In this document: positions 30,660 to 39,218 of the stretch, one piece after another
Position numbering within the stretch: position 1 is the first letter of the stretch
Layout: every line of letters starts with the position of its first letter
NCBI GenBank assembly: GCA_037443365.1
Contig: JBBIOM010000005.1
Span: 5,760 to 69,759 of the forward strand
Source of the DNA: Armatimonadota bacterium
GTDB lineage: Bacteria > Sysuimicrobiota > Sysuimicrobiia > Sysuimicrobiales > Humicultoraceae
Reading direction: 5' to 3'
Length of the DNA: 64,000 nucleotides
Position numbers and translations under genes: made by a program
The notes under the pieces: generated by a model
Database searches by the model: none
What the model was told of the DNA's origin: nothing
Seen by the model: only the letters and a program-made list of their open reading frames with translations

Positions 30660-30834
30660 GGCCTTGGTCGACATAGTTGCGTCTTTCGATACGGGCGATG
30701 TCAACCGGACGTCGCCCGTTTCATGTGTCCGCGGAGTTACTCTCACCAGGGCTGGGTGGACCGGTGGGCACGCGCAGGATGCCGGCACAAACCCGGCCCG
30801 GGTTCCCCCCGGGTTAGTTCAGGAGGTAAGCAAG

Positions 30835-31968
30835 ATTACCATCTCAACGCACGAGACCGCGTTCGGCGGCCTCGTATTGCGCCCGGAGACCGTCCGGGCG
30901 ATAACCCGTCTCGGGTGGACCGAACCCACCCCGATTCAATCGAAGGTGATCCCCGCGCTCCTGGCAGGCCACGACGTCGCCGGCCAGGCGCAGACCGGAT
31001 CCGGCAAGACCGGCGCCTACGTCATTCCCATGCTCGAGCGCCTCGACCGCAATGCGCGAGGGATCCAATCGCTCGTGCTCTCACCCACCCGCGAGCTGGC
31101 CCTGCAGATCGCGGATGCGGTGCGCGCGCTGGGTGGACCCAAGATCCGCGTCACGGCGCTCTACGGCGGGCAGCCCATTGAGCGGCAGCTCGCCGCGCTG
31201 CGAGCCGGCGTGCAGGTGGCCGTGGCCACGCCAGGCCGCCTGCTCGATCACATCTCCCGGGGTTCGGTGAAGCTCGACGGCGTTCGGTTCCTGGTTCTAG
31301 ATGAGGCCGACCGGATGCTGGACATGGGCTTTCTGCCCGATGTGGAGGACATAATCCGGCTCACCCCGGCAGCGCGCCAGACCGCGCTGTTCTCGGCCAC
31401 GCTCCCAGACGCGGTGTCCACGATCGCGGCGCGGCACATGCGCAATCCATCGTGGATCAGGATCGCCGCGGCGGTGCCGACCGTCCAGACCGTGACGCAG
31501 TACTACCTGGAAGTGGCCGAACAGGACAAGGTGCGGGCGCTCCGGCTGCTGCTGACCAGCGGCGAGGTGCCCTCTGCCCTCGTCTTCCGGCGCACGCGCC
31601 GGGGAGCCGATCGGCTGGCCAAGATCCTGCGCGAGCGGGGTCAGCCGGTCGAGGTGATCCACGGTGATATGACCCAGGGCGCCCGGCTGCGCGCGCTGAC
31701 GGCCTTCGCCAAGGGAAGGGCCCAGGTGCTGGTGGCCACCAACGTCGCGGCCCGCGGGCTCGACCTTCCCGATATCTCGCACGTGGTCAACTTCGACATG
31801 CCCGAGGACGTGGACACCTACATCCACAGAGTCGGCCGCACAGCCCGGGCCGGACGCACCGGCGAGGCGATTACCTTCGTGGGCCAGCACGACGTGGAGG
31901 CGTTCGACCTGCTGCGGCGTCGGATCGGTTCGGCGCTGCAGCCCCACCCGCTGCCGCTGTACCGGTAA
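30835..31968 (+). CDS. DEAD-box RNA helicase (core only); probable ATT start
   Basis: Q motif PTPIQ, AQTGSGKT, PTRELA, TPGR, DEAD, SAT, ARGLD, HRVGRTAR; AGGAGGT SD lies 7 nt before ATT at 30835 (family certain, start inferred). Confidence 0.9.
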   Translation: MTISTHETAFGGLVLRPETVRAITRLGWTEPTPIQSKVIPALLAGHDVAGQAQTGSGKTGAYVIPMLERLDRNARGIQSLVLSPTRELALQIADAVRALGGPKIRVTALYGGQPIERQLAALRAGVQVAVATPGRLLDHISRGSVKLDGVRFLVLDEADRMLDMGFLPDVEDIIRLTPAARQTALFSATLPDAVSTIAARHMRNPSWIRIAAAVPTVQTVTQYYLEVAEQDKVRALRLLLTSGEVPSALVFRRTRRGADRLAKILRERGQPVEVIHGDMTQGARLRALTAFAKGRAQVLVATNVAARGLDLPDISHVVNFDMPEDVDTYIHRVGRTARAGRTGEAITFVGQHDVEAFDLLRRRIGSALQPHPLPLYR

Positions 31969-31988
31969 GAGCCTCCCCGCCCGAACGC

Positions 31989-32024
31989 AGGGACTGGTTT
32001 GGTCTATCCGGCCAACCAGTCCCT
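31989..32024 (+). terminator. Strong stem-loop downstream of the helicase gene
   Basis: Perfect 11-bp inverted repeat AGGGACTGGTT / AACCAGTCCCT; no U-tract. Confidence 0.5.
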
Positions 32025-32159
32025 CACCGGCACCCCGAGCGCTCCCGCGAGTCGTTCCAGGGTATCGAGGCTGGGAACATGTCGCCGGCCGTCAGATTGG
32101 AGTTATCCTGGGCCTCGCCATTTCGCGCCGGGCGTCCGGGCGTGGTATGCTCGGTGCGT

Positions 32160-33110
32160 ATGGCTGATCCTTCGCTGCCTGCCGCGGTGCCCTCGCCGCG
32201 CGCCACACCGGTTCAGCGCGAGAGGGAATTCGAGCTACTCGAGGAGATGACGCGCGCCATCCTCGAGGCAGCCGAGGTGCTCACCGGGGCCCTGGAGAGC
32301 CGCACGCCCGCGGGTCAGGCCTGGCAGGCGATCCGAGATCTCGAGCACAAGGGCGATGCGATTGCGCGCGATCTCTTCGAATTCCTCTCATCCCCCGGCG
32401 TCCCCGCCGGCGATCGCGACGCTCTGCAGGGTCTGACCGGACTCCTCGACGACGTGCTCGACGCCATCGAGGCCGCGGCCGCGCGGCTGGCGATCCACCG
32501 TATCCGCCGGGCGATCCCCCCGGCACGCGAGATGGGGCAGATCATGCTCCGGTTGGCGCAGGAACTCAGGCAAGCGATTCGCGAGGTACGCCACGGGCGA
32601 GAGGTCTTCCCCCACACGCGCACGTTGCATCGCTTGGAGAACCAGGGCGACGACGTGCTGCGGGACGCCCTCGAGACCTTGTTCTCGGGCCGGTACAGCG
32701 CCAGGGACATCATCAAGTGGAAAGACATCTGCGAGATGCTTGAGACCGGCACCGACCGCTGCGAGGATATCGCCAACGTCTTGGAGACGCTAATCGTTCG
32801 TCCAGGCGTGGAGCAGAAGCTTGCAGCCGGCCGTCTGTCCATTGACACGGACCGCCACGAGGCCACCGTGGCCGGCAAGCCCATTCCCCTCACCGCGAAG
32901 GAGTTCGGTCTCCTGCACCTTCTGGTTCGCCATCAAGGCAAGGTGGTTCGTCGCGAGCGGCTCCTGCGCGAGGTTTGGGGCGAGGACTACTTCGGCAACT
33001 CGCGTACCCTCGATACGCACATTGGCTGGCTACGCAAGAAGGTCGAGCCCTACGCTGGACTGCGGTTGGTGGTCGTGCGGGGCATCGGATACCGCCTGGA
33101 CCTAAAGTAG
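32160..33110 (+). CDS. DUF47 (PhoU-like) domain fused to an OmpR/PhoB winged-helix DNA-binding domain
   Basis: LEHKGD, LDDVLDAIE, LENQGD, IIKWKDI..LETGTDRCEDIANVLE (DUF47), then LTAKEFGLL, LLREVWG, RTLDTHI, VRGIGY (Trans_reg_C); no receiver domain. Confidence 0.88.
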   Translation: MADPSLPAAVPSPRATPVQREREFELLEEMTRAILEAAEVLTGALESRTPAGQAWQAIRDLEHKGDAIARDLFEFLSSPGVPAGDRDALQGLTGLLDDVLDAIEAAAARLAIHRIRRAIPPAREMGQIMLRLAQELRQAIREVRHGREVFPHTRTLHRLENQGDDVLRDALETLFSGRYSARDIIKWKDICEMLETGTDRCEDIANVLETLIVRPGVEQKLAAGRLSIDTDRHEATVAGKPIPLTAKEFGLLHLLVRHQGKVVRRERLLREVWGEDYFGNSRTLDTHIGWLRKKVEPYAGLRLVVVRGIGYRLDLK

Positions 33111-33164
33111 GTTTTTCCCAGGTTTGACATAGGGTTTACCCGGCCTTGGCCTATCTATCACCCC
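33110..33164 (+). promoter_or_regulatory. Pho-box-like direct repeats with 11-bp period upstream of pstS
   Basis: Hexamers TTTTCC (33113), TTGACA (33124), TTTACC (33135), TTGGCC (33146), ATCACC (33157); -10-like TATGGT at 33172. Confidence 0.65.
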
Positions 33165-33214
33165 CCGAGTCTATGGTTGGGGGGGAATGGACTGCAGCCA
33201 AAGGAGGCCAGGCA

Positions 33215-34273
33215 GTGCTCAAGCCGTTATCCTGTCTTCTTAGTCTTGCTCTAGGCATCGCGGTGGTATTGGGCGCGGCAGGGACCACGCCCGCGCAGCA
33301 ACCGGTGACGCTCAACGGCGCGGGCGCCACGTTTCCGTTCCCGCTCTACTCTAAGTGGTCGCAGGTGTACCACGCCGAGCGAGGGGTCCAGATCAACTAT
33401 CAGTCTATCGGCTCGGGAGGCGGCATCCGGCAGTTCATGGCCAAGACGGTGGATTTCGGCGCCACCGACGGGCCGATGACCGGTGAGCTGATCCGGCAGG
33501 CCGGCGGCAGGGTCCTGCACATCCCGATGGTGGCGGGCGCGGTTGTGCCAGTGTACAACGTTCCCGGCGTGGGCCCCGGCCTGAACTTCACCCCCGATGT
33601 CCTGGCGGACATCTTTCTCGGCAAGATCACGAAGTGGAACGATCCGCGGATTGCCGCCGTCAACACCGCAGCGAAGCTGCCGTCCGCCGACATCATCGTC
33701 GTCCGCCGCTCGGACGGCTCGGGGACCACGGCCATCTGGGTTAACTACCTAAGCAAGGTGAGCGCCGAGTGGAAAGCGAAGGTCGGCGAGGGAACCTCGG
33801 TCAACTGGCCGGTCGGACTGGGCGGCAAGGGCAACGAGGGCGTCACTGGGCTCGTCAGGCAGATGCCCAACTCGCTGGGCTACGTGGAGCTGGCCTACGC
33901 GCTCACGAACCAGATGACCTTCGGCAACGTGCGAAACAGGGCTGGGCAGTTCATCCGACCATCGCTATCGAGCACCACGAGGGCCGTGGAAGGCGCGCTT
34001 CGGTCTATCCCTGAAGACTACCGCATGTTCTTCACGAATCCCGAGGGCCGGGACGCTTACCCCATCGCGGGTTTCACCTGGATCCTGATCTACGGCGACC
34101 AGCCCGATCCTGCCAAGGGCAGGGCGCTGGTTGAGTTCCTGTGGTGGGCCACGCACGAGGGCCAGAAGTATGCGCCGACGCTGCTGTACGCAACGCTGCC
34201 CAAGAGCCTGGTGCAGCGCGTCGAGGGAACCTTGAAGACCGTGACCTCACAGGGGAAGGCCGTCATGCCCTAA
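33215..34273 (+). CDS. pstS: Phosphate ABC transporter substrate-binding protein
   Basis: GAGATFPFPLYSKW, YQSIGSGGG, DFGATD, RSDGSGTT, GKGNEG, YPIAGFTW; AAGGAGG SD. Confidence 0.96.
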   Translation: MLKPLSCLLSLALGIAVVLGAAGTTPAQQPVTLNGAGATFPFPLYSKWSQVYHAERGVQINYQSIGSGGGIRQFMAKTVDFGATDGPMTGELIRQAGGRVLHIPMVAGAVVPVYNVPGVGPGLNFTPDVLADIFLGKITKWNDPRIAAVNTAAKLPSADIIVVRRSDGSGTTAIWVNYLSKVSAEWKAKVGEGTSVNWPVGLGGKGNEGVTGLVRQMPNSLGYVELAYALTNQMTFGNVRNRAGQFIRPSLSSTTRAVEGALRSIPEDYRMFFTNPEGRDAYPIAGFTWILIYGDQPDPAKGRALVEFLWWATHEGQKYAPTLLYATLPKSLVQRVEGTLKTVTSQGKAVMP

Positions 34274-35214
34274 TGAGCACGTCGCCGCGCGCCGCCTCAG
34301 GGGCGGGCGACCTCCTCTTCCAGCGGCTGCTGGCCGCCGCCGCGGGCAGCGTGCTGGTTATTGTGGGCGCCATGCTACTCGCGCTTACCGTCTCTGCCTG
34401 GCCGGCGATCCGGCGGTTTGGCCTGGCGTTCTTCGCCACATCAACATGGGATCCGGTGGCCGGCCAGTTCGGCGCCCTCCCCTTTGTTTACGGGACGGTC
34501 GTGTCATCGATCATCGCACTGGCGCTGGCCATTCCGCTGGGGCTGGGCGTAGCCATCTTCCTGTCGGAACTCACCCCGCGTGGGCTCCGGGCACCCATAG
34601 GCTTCCTGGTCGAACTGCTGGCGGCCATCCCCAGTGTGGTTTACGGCCTGTGGGGTATCTTCGTGCTGGTCCCCTGGGTGCGCGCTTCGCTGGCGCCGTC
34701 GCTCAAGGCGTTGTTCGGATTCCTCCCCTTGTTTGAGGGACCGCCGCTGGGGGTGGGGATGCTGACCGCTGGCCTGATCCTGGCCATCATGGTTGTGCCG
34801 TTCATCGTCGCGGTGAGCACCGCGGTCATGCGTGCCGTGCCGCAGTCCCAGCGGGAGGCCGCGCTCTCGCTCGGGGCCACCACCTGGGAAACCACCCGAA
34901 CCGCCGTGCTCCCCTACGCCCGATCCGGCATCATGGGCGCGGTCTTCCTGGCCCTGGCCCGGGCCCTCGGCGAGACGATGGCGGTGACCATGTTGATCGG
35001 CAATGTCCCCCAGATCAAGGCGTCGCTGTTCGCGCCCGCCTACACCATCGCAGCGGTGATCGCCAACGAGTTCGCCGAGGCCACGGAAGACCTGTACCTG
35101 GCCGCCCTGATCTACGCGGGACTCGTCCTCTTCCTGGTCACGGTCGTCGTCAATGTCCTCGCCCGCATCCTCGTCGCCCGGGCGGCAAAGGGCCCGAGCC
35201 TGATCAGGGAGTGA
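34273..35214 (+). CDS. pstC: Phosphate ABC transporter permease
   Basis: WDP..FGALP, ELLAAIPSVVYGLWG, RALGETMAV, IANEFAEA. Confidence 0.95.
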   Translation: MSTSPRAASGAGDLLFQRLLAAAAGSVLVIVGAMLLALTVSAWPAIRRFGLAFFATSTWDPVAGQFGALPFVYGTVVSSIIALALAIPLGLGVAIFLSELTPRGLRAPIGFLVELLAAIPSVVYGLWGIFVLVPWVRASLAPSLKALFGFLPLFEGPPLGVGMLTAGLILAIMVVPFIVAVSTAVMRAVPQSQREAALSLGATTWETTRTAVLPYARSGIMGAVFLALARALGETMAVTMLIGNVPQIKASLFAPAYTIAAVIANEFAEATEDLYLAALIYAGLVLFLVTVVVNVLARILVARAAKGPSLIRE

Positions 35215-36065
35215 TGGGGATGGACCTGAGCTACGTACGGCGCAGGTGGACCAACCGGGCCATGGCTGTCCTAACATTCCTTTGCACCGTCGTCGTGCTG
35301 GCACCCCTGTTCTTCATCCTGTTCTTCCTGGCGCGCACCGGGCTTTCCGCCCTCAATCTGGATTTCTTCACCCACCTGCCGGGGCCGGCCGGTGAGCCCG
35401 GCGGCGGCATGGCCAATGCCATCGTGGGAACGCTGGTGCTGGTCGGGCTGGCAGCACTGCTCGGTGTGCCGGTCGGCGTGCTGGGCGGCATGTTCCTGGC
35501 AGAGTTCCCCGGCAGCCGGCTGGGCCACGCGGTCCGGCTGTTCGCTGACGTGATGAACGGGATGCCGAGCATCGTGATGGGTTTGTTCGCGTACACGCTC
35601 CTGGTGCTGCCACTCCGGCACTTCAGCGCGCTCGCCGGCGGGGTCGCCCTGGGCGTTATGCTGATTCCGACGGTGATGCGCACCACCGAGGAGATCGTCC
35701 GACTCGTGCCCCAGAGCCTCCGAGAGGCGTCGCTGGCGCTGGGTATCCCTCAGTGGAAGACGCTGCTTTGGATCGTCCTGCCCGCGGCGGCGGCCGGCAT
35801 CGTGACTGGAGTCATGGTGGGGCTCGCCCGCATCGCGGGAGAGACGGCGCCGTTGTTGTTCACGGCGTTCGGCAACCGCTTCTGGAACTGGGACCTGCTG
35901 CAGCCGATTGCCGCCCTGCCGCTGCAGATTTTCGCCTACGCCATCTCCCCGTTCGATGACTGGCACCGCCAGGCGTGGGCTGGCGCGCTTGTGCTGGTGG
36001 CGATAGTGTTGGCCATCAACGTCGCGGCGCGCTACTTCGCGGGCCGGCAGGCCAGGCTGCGTTGA
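35211..36065 (+). CDS. pstA: Phosphate ABC transporter permease
   Basis: [39 protein letters not shown]. Confidence 0.95.
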   Translation: MMGMDLSYVRRRWTNRAMAVLTFLCTVVVLAPLFFILFFLARTGLSALNLDFFTHLPGPAGEPGGGMANAIVGTLVLVGLAALLGVPVGVLGGMFLAEFPGSRLGHAVRLFADVMNGMPSIVMGLFAYTLLVLPLRHFSALAGGVALGVMLIPTVMRTTEEIVRLVPQSLREASLALGIPQWKTLLWIVLPAAAAGIVTGVMVGLARIAGETAPLLFTAFGNRFWNWDLLQPIAALPLQIFAYAISPFDDWHRQAWAGALVLVAIVLAINVAARYFAGRQARLR

Positions 36066-36844
36066 TGCCCGCCGCGCTCATTGACCACGCCGCCGGGATC
36101 GAAACCCAGGACCTGCACGCCTGGTTTGATCGGCTCCATGTGCTGCGCGGCATCACACTGAGGGCGGCCCCGCGGAGGGTGACGGCCATCATTGGGCCAT
36201 CCGGCTGCGGCAAATCCACCTTCCTGCGCTGCCTCAACCGGATGCACGAACTCGTCCTGGGCTCAAGGTCGAGCGGCCGCGTGTTGTTGGACAGCCAGGA
36301 CATCTACGCGCCGGCGGTGGACCCCGTGTTGATCCGCCGTCGCGTGGGCATGGTGTTCCAGAAACCCAATCCGTTTCCCACCATGAGCATCTATGACAAT
36401 GTGGCCGCGGGGCTGCGGCTGGCAGGCGAACGGGATCGCCGGAGGCTGGACGAGACCGTTGAACGCAGCCTGCGCGCGGCCGCGCTGTGGGATGAGGTGA
36501 AGGACCGGCTAGCCAAGTCCGGCACCAGCCTGTCGGGGGGGCAGCAGCAACGCCTGTGCATCGCCCGGGCCCTAGCGGTCTCACCGGAGGTGCTGCTGAT
36601 GGACGAGCCGGCCTCCGCGCTCGACCCTTCCGCGACATTGAAGATTGAGGAGCTGGCGCGCGAGCTGGCCGCGCAGATCACCATCGTGATAGTGACCCAC
36701 AACATGCAGGAGGCGGCCCGGGTCTCCGACTTCACAGGGTTCTTCCTCAGCGGTGAGATGGTGGAGTACGGCGCCACCGACCAGATCTTCACCAGGCCCC
36801 GGGACCGCCGCACCGAAGACTACATCACCGGCAGGTTCGGGTAG
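36065..36844 (+). CDS. pstB: Phosphate ABC transporter ATP-binding protein
   Basis: [42 protein letters not shown]. Confidence 0.97.
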   Translation: MPAALIDHAAGIETQDLHAWFDRLHVLRGITLRAAPRRVTAIIGPSGCGKSTFLRCLNRMHELVLGSRSSGRVLLDSQDIYAPAVDPVLIRRRVGMVFQKPNPFPTMSIYDNVAAGLRLAGERDRRRLDETVERSLRAAALWDEVKDRLAKSGTSLSGGQQQRLCIARALAVSPEVLLMDEPASALDPSATLKIEELARELAAQITIVIVTHNMQEAARVSDFTGFFLSGEMVEYGATDQIFTRPRDRRTEDYITGRFG

Positions 36845-36853
36845 GAGGCGGCC

Positions 36854-37510
36854 GTGACGCGGGAACTCTTTCTCAGGGAGCTGAACGCCCTCCAGGGCGA
36901 CGCCGTGCGCATGGCCGGGATGGCCGGGGATGCTATTCACGCGGCGGTGGAGGCGCTCAAAGAACGCGACAGCGCCCTCGCGGACCGGATCATTGAAGAG
37001 GACGACAGGATCGACGCGCTGCACCTGGAACTCGAGGAACGGTGCATGCGCCTGCTAGCCAGGCAGCAGCCGATGGCATCGGATCTGCGGACGATCGCGG
37101 CGGTTCTTGCCATCACCATCGACCTGGAGCGCATGGCTGATCACGCCGAGGGGATTTCGAAGTGCGCGAAACGGCTGGCTGACCAGCCGTTGCTCAAGCC
37201 CTTGATTGACATCCCGCGGATGGAGATCCTGGTCGGGGAGATGCTGCGCGACGCGATGGACGCGTTCCTCCGTCGCGATGCCGTACTCGCCGAGGCGATG
37301 GCGAAGAAGGACGACGAGGTGGACGCGCTGCGCAGCCAGGTGTTCCGCGAGCTGCTGACGTACATGATGAGCGATCCGCGGTCCATCCCCAGGGCCCTGG
37401 AACTGCTGCTGGTGGCGCAGCACCTCGAACGGGCGGCCGATCACATCACCAACATCGGCGAGCGCGTCATCTACATGGTGACCGGCGAACTGCGGGAATT
37501 GAACGTCTAG
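36854..37510 (+). CDS. phoU: Phosphate signalling protein PhoU
   Basis: QQPMASDLR, DLERMADHA, DDEVD, LERAADHITNIGE. Confidence 0.96.
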   Translation: MTRELFLRELNALQGDAVRMAGMAGDAIHAAVEALKERDSALADRIIEEDDRIDALHLELEERCMRLLARQQPMASDLRTIAAVLAITIDLERMADHAEGISKCAKRLADQPLLKPLIDIPRMEILVGEMLRDAMDAFLRRDAVLAEAMAKKDDEVDALRSQVFRELLTYMMSDPRSIPRALELLLVAQHLERAADHITNIGERVIYMVTGELRELNV

Positions 37511-37535
37511 AGACCGAATCACAACGGAGCGTGCG

Positions 37536-37736
37536 ATGCCCACTGTCCTATTCGTCTGAGCCCACAACACCGCCCGCTCGCAGGTAGCGGAGGGGCTGTT
37601 CAACGCCCTGGCGCCGGCGGGCTGGCGGGCTCGGTCCGCGGGAACGGACCCCCAGGGTACGGTGCGCGAGGAAGCCTGCCCAGTCCTCCCCGTGGTACGC
37701 AGCCTCATCCACGACCTGGGAGGAGAACCAGCATGA
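37536..37736 (+). pseudogene. arsC: Internally deleted ArsC / low-molecular-weight PTP family relic with in-frame TGA at the catalytic Cys
   Basis: Reads MPTVLFV*AHNTARSQVAEGLFNALAPAGWRARSAGTDP..EEACPVLPVVRSLIHDLGGEPA; 66 codons, about half the normal length. Confidence 0.8.
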
Positions 37737-38175
37737 GCGATCGCCGGTCCGATGTGGTTGCCTACGCGGCGGGCTGCGCCTGGACCGCGTCCTCTACTCA
37801 CCGCTTCACTACCCGGCTGACTACGGGTTCATCGTGGACACCCTGGCGAACGACGGGGACCACCTCGATGTCCTCATCTTTACCTATGAACCGACCTTCC
37901 CGGGCTGCCTCGTGGAGGTCCGTCCCGTCGGCGTGCTGGACATGCACGACGAGAAGGGGCACGACCAGAAGATCCTGGCCGTGCCAGTCGGCGACCCGCG
38001 CTTCCAGGGCGTGACCGATCTGGGGCACCTGCCCCCGCACTTCCTCAAGGAGGTGGAGCACTTCTTCGCGGTCTACAAGACGCTTGAGCAGAAGCCGGTG
38101 GAGATCCACGGCTGGGCCGGGGCAGAGGAAGCGCGCCGGTTGATCAGCGAGGCCCGGCGCTCGCTGCCGTCCTGA
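37733..38175 (+). pseudogene. ppa: Inorganic pyrophosphatase (family I) disrupted by an N-terminal deletion and frameshift
   Basis: SD and ATG at 37733 (MSDRRSDVVAY) are in one frame; GLRLDRVLYSPLHYPADYGFI..DGDHLDV..DQKILAVP is in another; the IEIP...KYE segment is missing. Confidence 0.82.
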
Positions 38176-39073
38176 GGTAGCGCATCAGCCCCAGGGCGTT
38201 CAGCCGCGAGGACATGATGATCTCCCTCCGCTCCGCGGCGCCCGGCCCGTCCGCGGCAGCCGCGCTGGCACCCGCTTCGCGCAACCGCTCCACGATCGTG
38301 TCTTCCGCGCATCCGGCTTCCAGCCCTGAGCGCACCATCTCCACGCCCGCCGCGAGACGCTCCTCTGCCTGGACGAGCAACTCGTCGCACCAGGTGTGCG
38401 GGCCGAAGTGCGTGAGCAGCATGCGCTCCGGCCGCAGGGCGCGCAGGCGCTCGAGCGTCGCGATCCAGGTTGGCACGTCTAGCTCGGGCGGAGGGGTCGG
38501 AGGCAGGACATAGCGCGATCCCGGCAGGCATATGCCTGCCGCGTCCCCGGTGAAGAGGTCGCCGGAGGACTCGTCCAGCAGCACCAGGTGATGCCGGGCG
38601 TGCCCGGGCGTATCGAGGGATCGCAGCCGACGCGACCCCAACCGGATCTGCGCCCCGTCCTGCAGCAGCCGCACCCGGTCCGCCGGAACCGGCTCGGGCT
38701 CGCCCAGCAGCGCGTCGAGGTCTCCACCGTAGAGCCGGCGGGCGCTCGCGATCAGGCGCGAGGGGTCTGCCAGGTGCGGCGCGCCCGCCGGGTGCACCCA
38801 CACTTCGAGATGGGGGAAGCGCCGCACGAGCGCGCCTGCCGCCCCTGCATGGTCCAGGTGGATGTGCGTGACCGCGACCGCCCGCAGATCCTGCGGGTCG
38901 CACCCGGCCGCGTGCACGCCCTCCAGCATCACCTCGACGGTCGAGGCCGGCCCGGTCTCGATCAGGGCCGGGTACTCACCCGGCAGCAAGTAGACGCCGA
39001 TCGCCGCGGGAGTGCGGCAGTAGCCGGTATCAATGAGCACCAGGTCATCGTCGAGGCGTTCAATGCCAGGCAT
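38144..39073 (-). CDS. MBL-fold metallo-hydrolase
   Basis: THIHLDHAG, TPGHARHH, FTGD, THFG. Confidence 0.92.
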   Translation of the reverse strand: MPGIERLDDDLVLIDTGYCRTPAAIGVYLLPGEYPALIETGPASTVEVMLEGVHAAGCDPQDLRAVAVTHIHLDHAGAAGALVRRFPHLEVWVHPAGAPHLADPSRLIASARRLYGGDLDALLGEPEPVPADRVRLLQDGAQIRLGSRRLRSLDTPGHARHHLVLLDESSGDLFTGDAAGICLPGSRYVLPPTPPPELDVPTWIATLERLRALRPERMLLTHFGPHTWCDELLVQAEERLAAGVEMVRSGLEAGCAEDTIVERLREAGASAAAADGPGAAERREIIMSSRLNALGLMRYLRTAASAGPR

Positions 39074-39132
39074 GGCGTGGTCTCCGGTGTAGGGGGGTCT
39101 CGCACCAAGATACCACAGTTCGCCCGGGACGG

Positions 39133-39160
39133 TTGCGGCAGGGGCCCCGCGTGCTATAAT
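39133..39160 (+). promoter_or_regulatory. Sigma70-type promoter for rplY-pth
   Basis: TTGCGG, 16-nt spacer, TATAAT with an extended TG. Confidence 0.6.
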
Positions 39161-39218
39161 GAGCGGTGTTCGGGCCCCGGCGATTGGGGCCTGTTGTGTG
39201 TGTTGGAGGGAGTCGCGG

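Noticed and set aside
30595-30834. 80-aa N-terminal extension of the DEAD-box helicase in the ORF track
   Set aside because: It starts inside the dCMP deaminase gene, upstream of a good promoter, and spans hairpins that look like a 5' UTR.
33124-33129. Perfect TTGACA as the -35 box of pstS
   Set aside because: No -10 box lies 16-18 nt downstream; it fits better as one unit of the 11-bp repeat array.
37733-37800. Programmed frameshift in ppa
   Set aside because: No slippery sequence, and conserved residues are absent from both frames, so a deletion is the simpler explanation.
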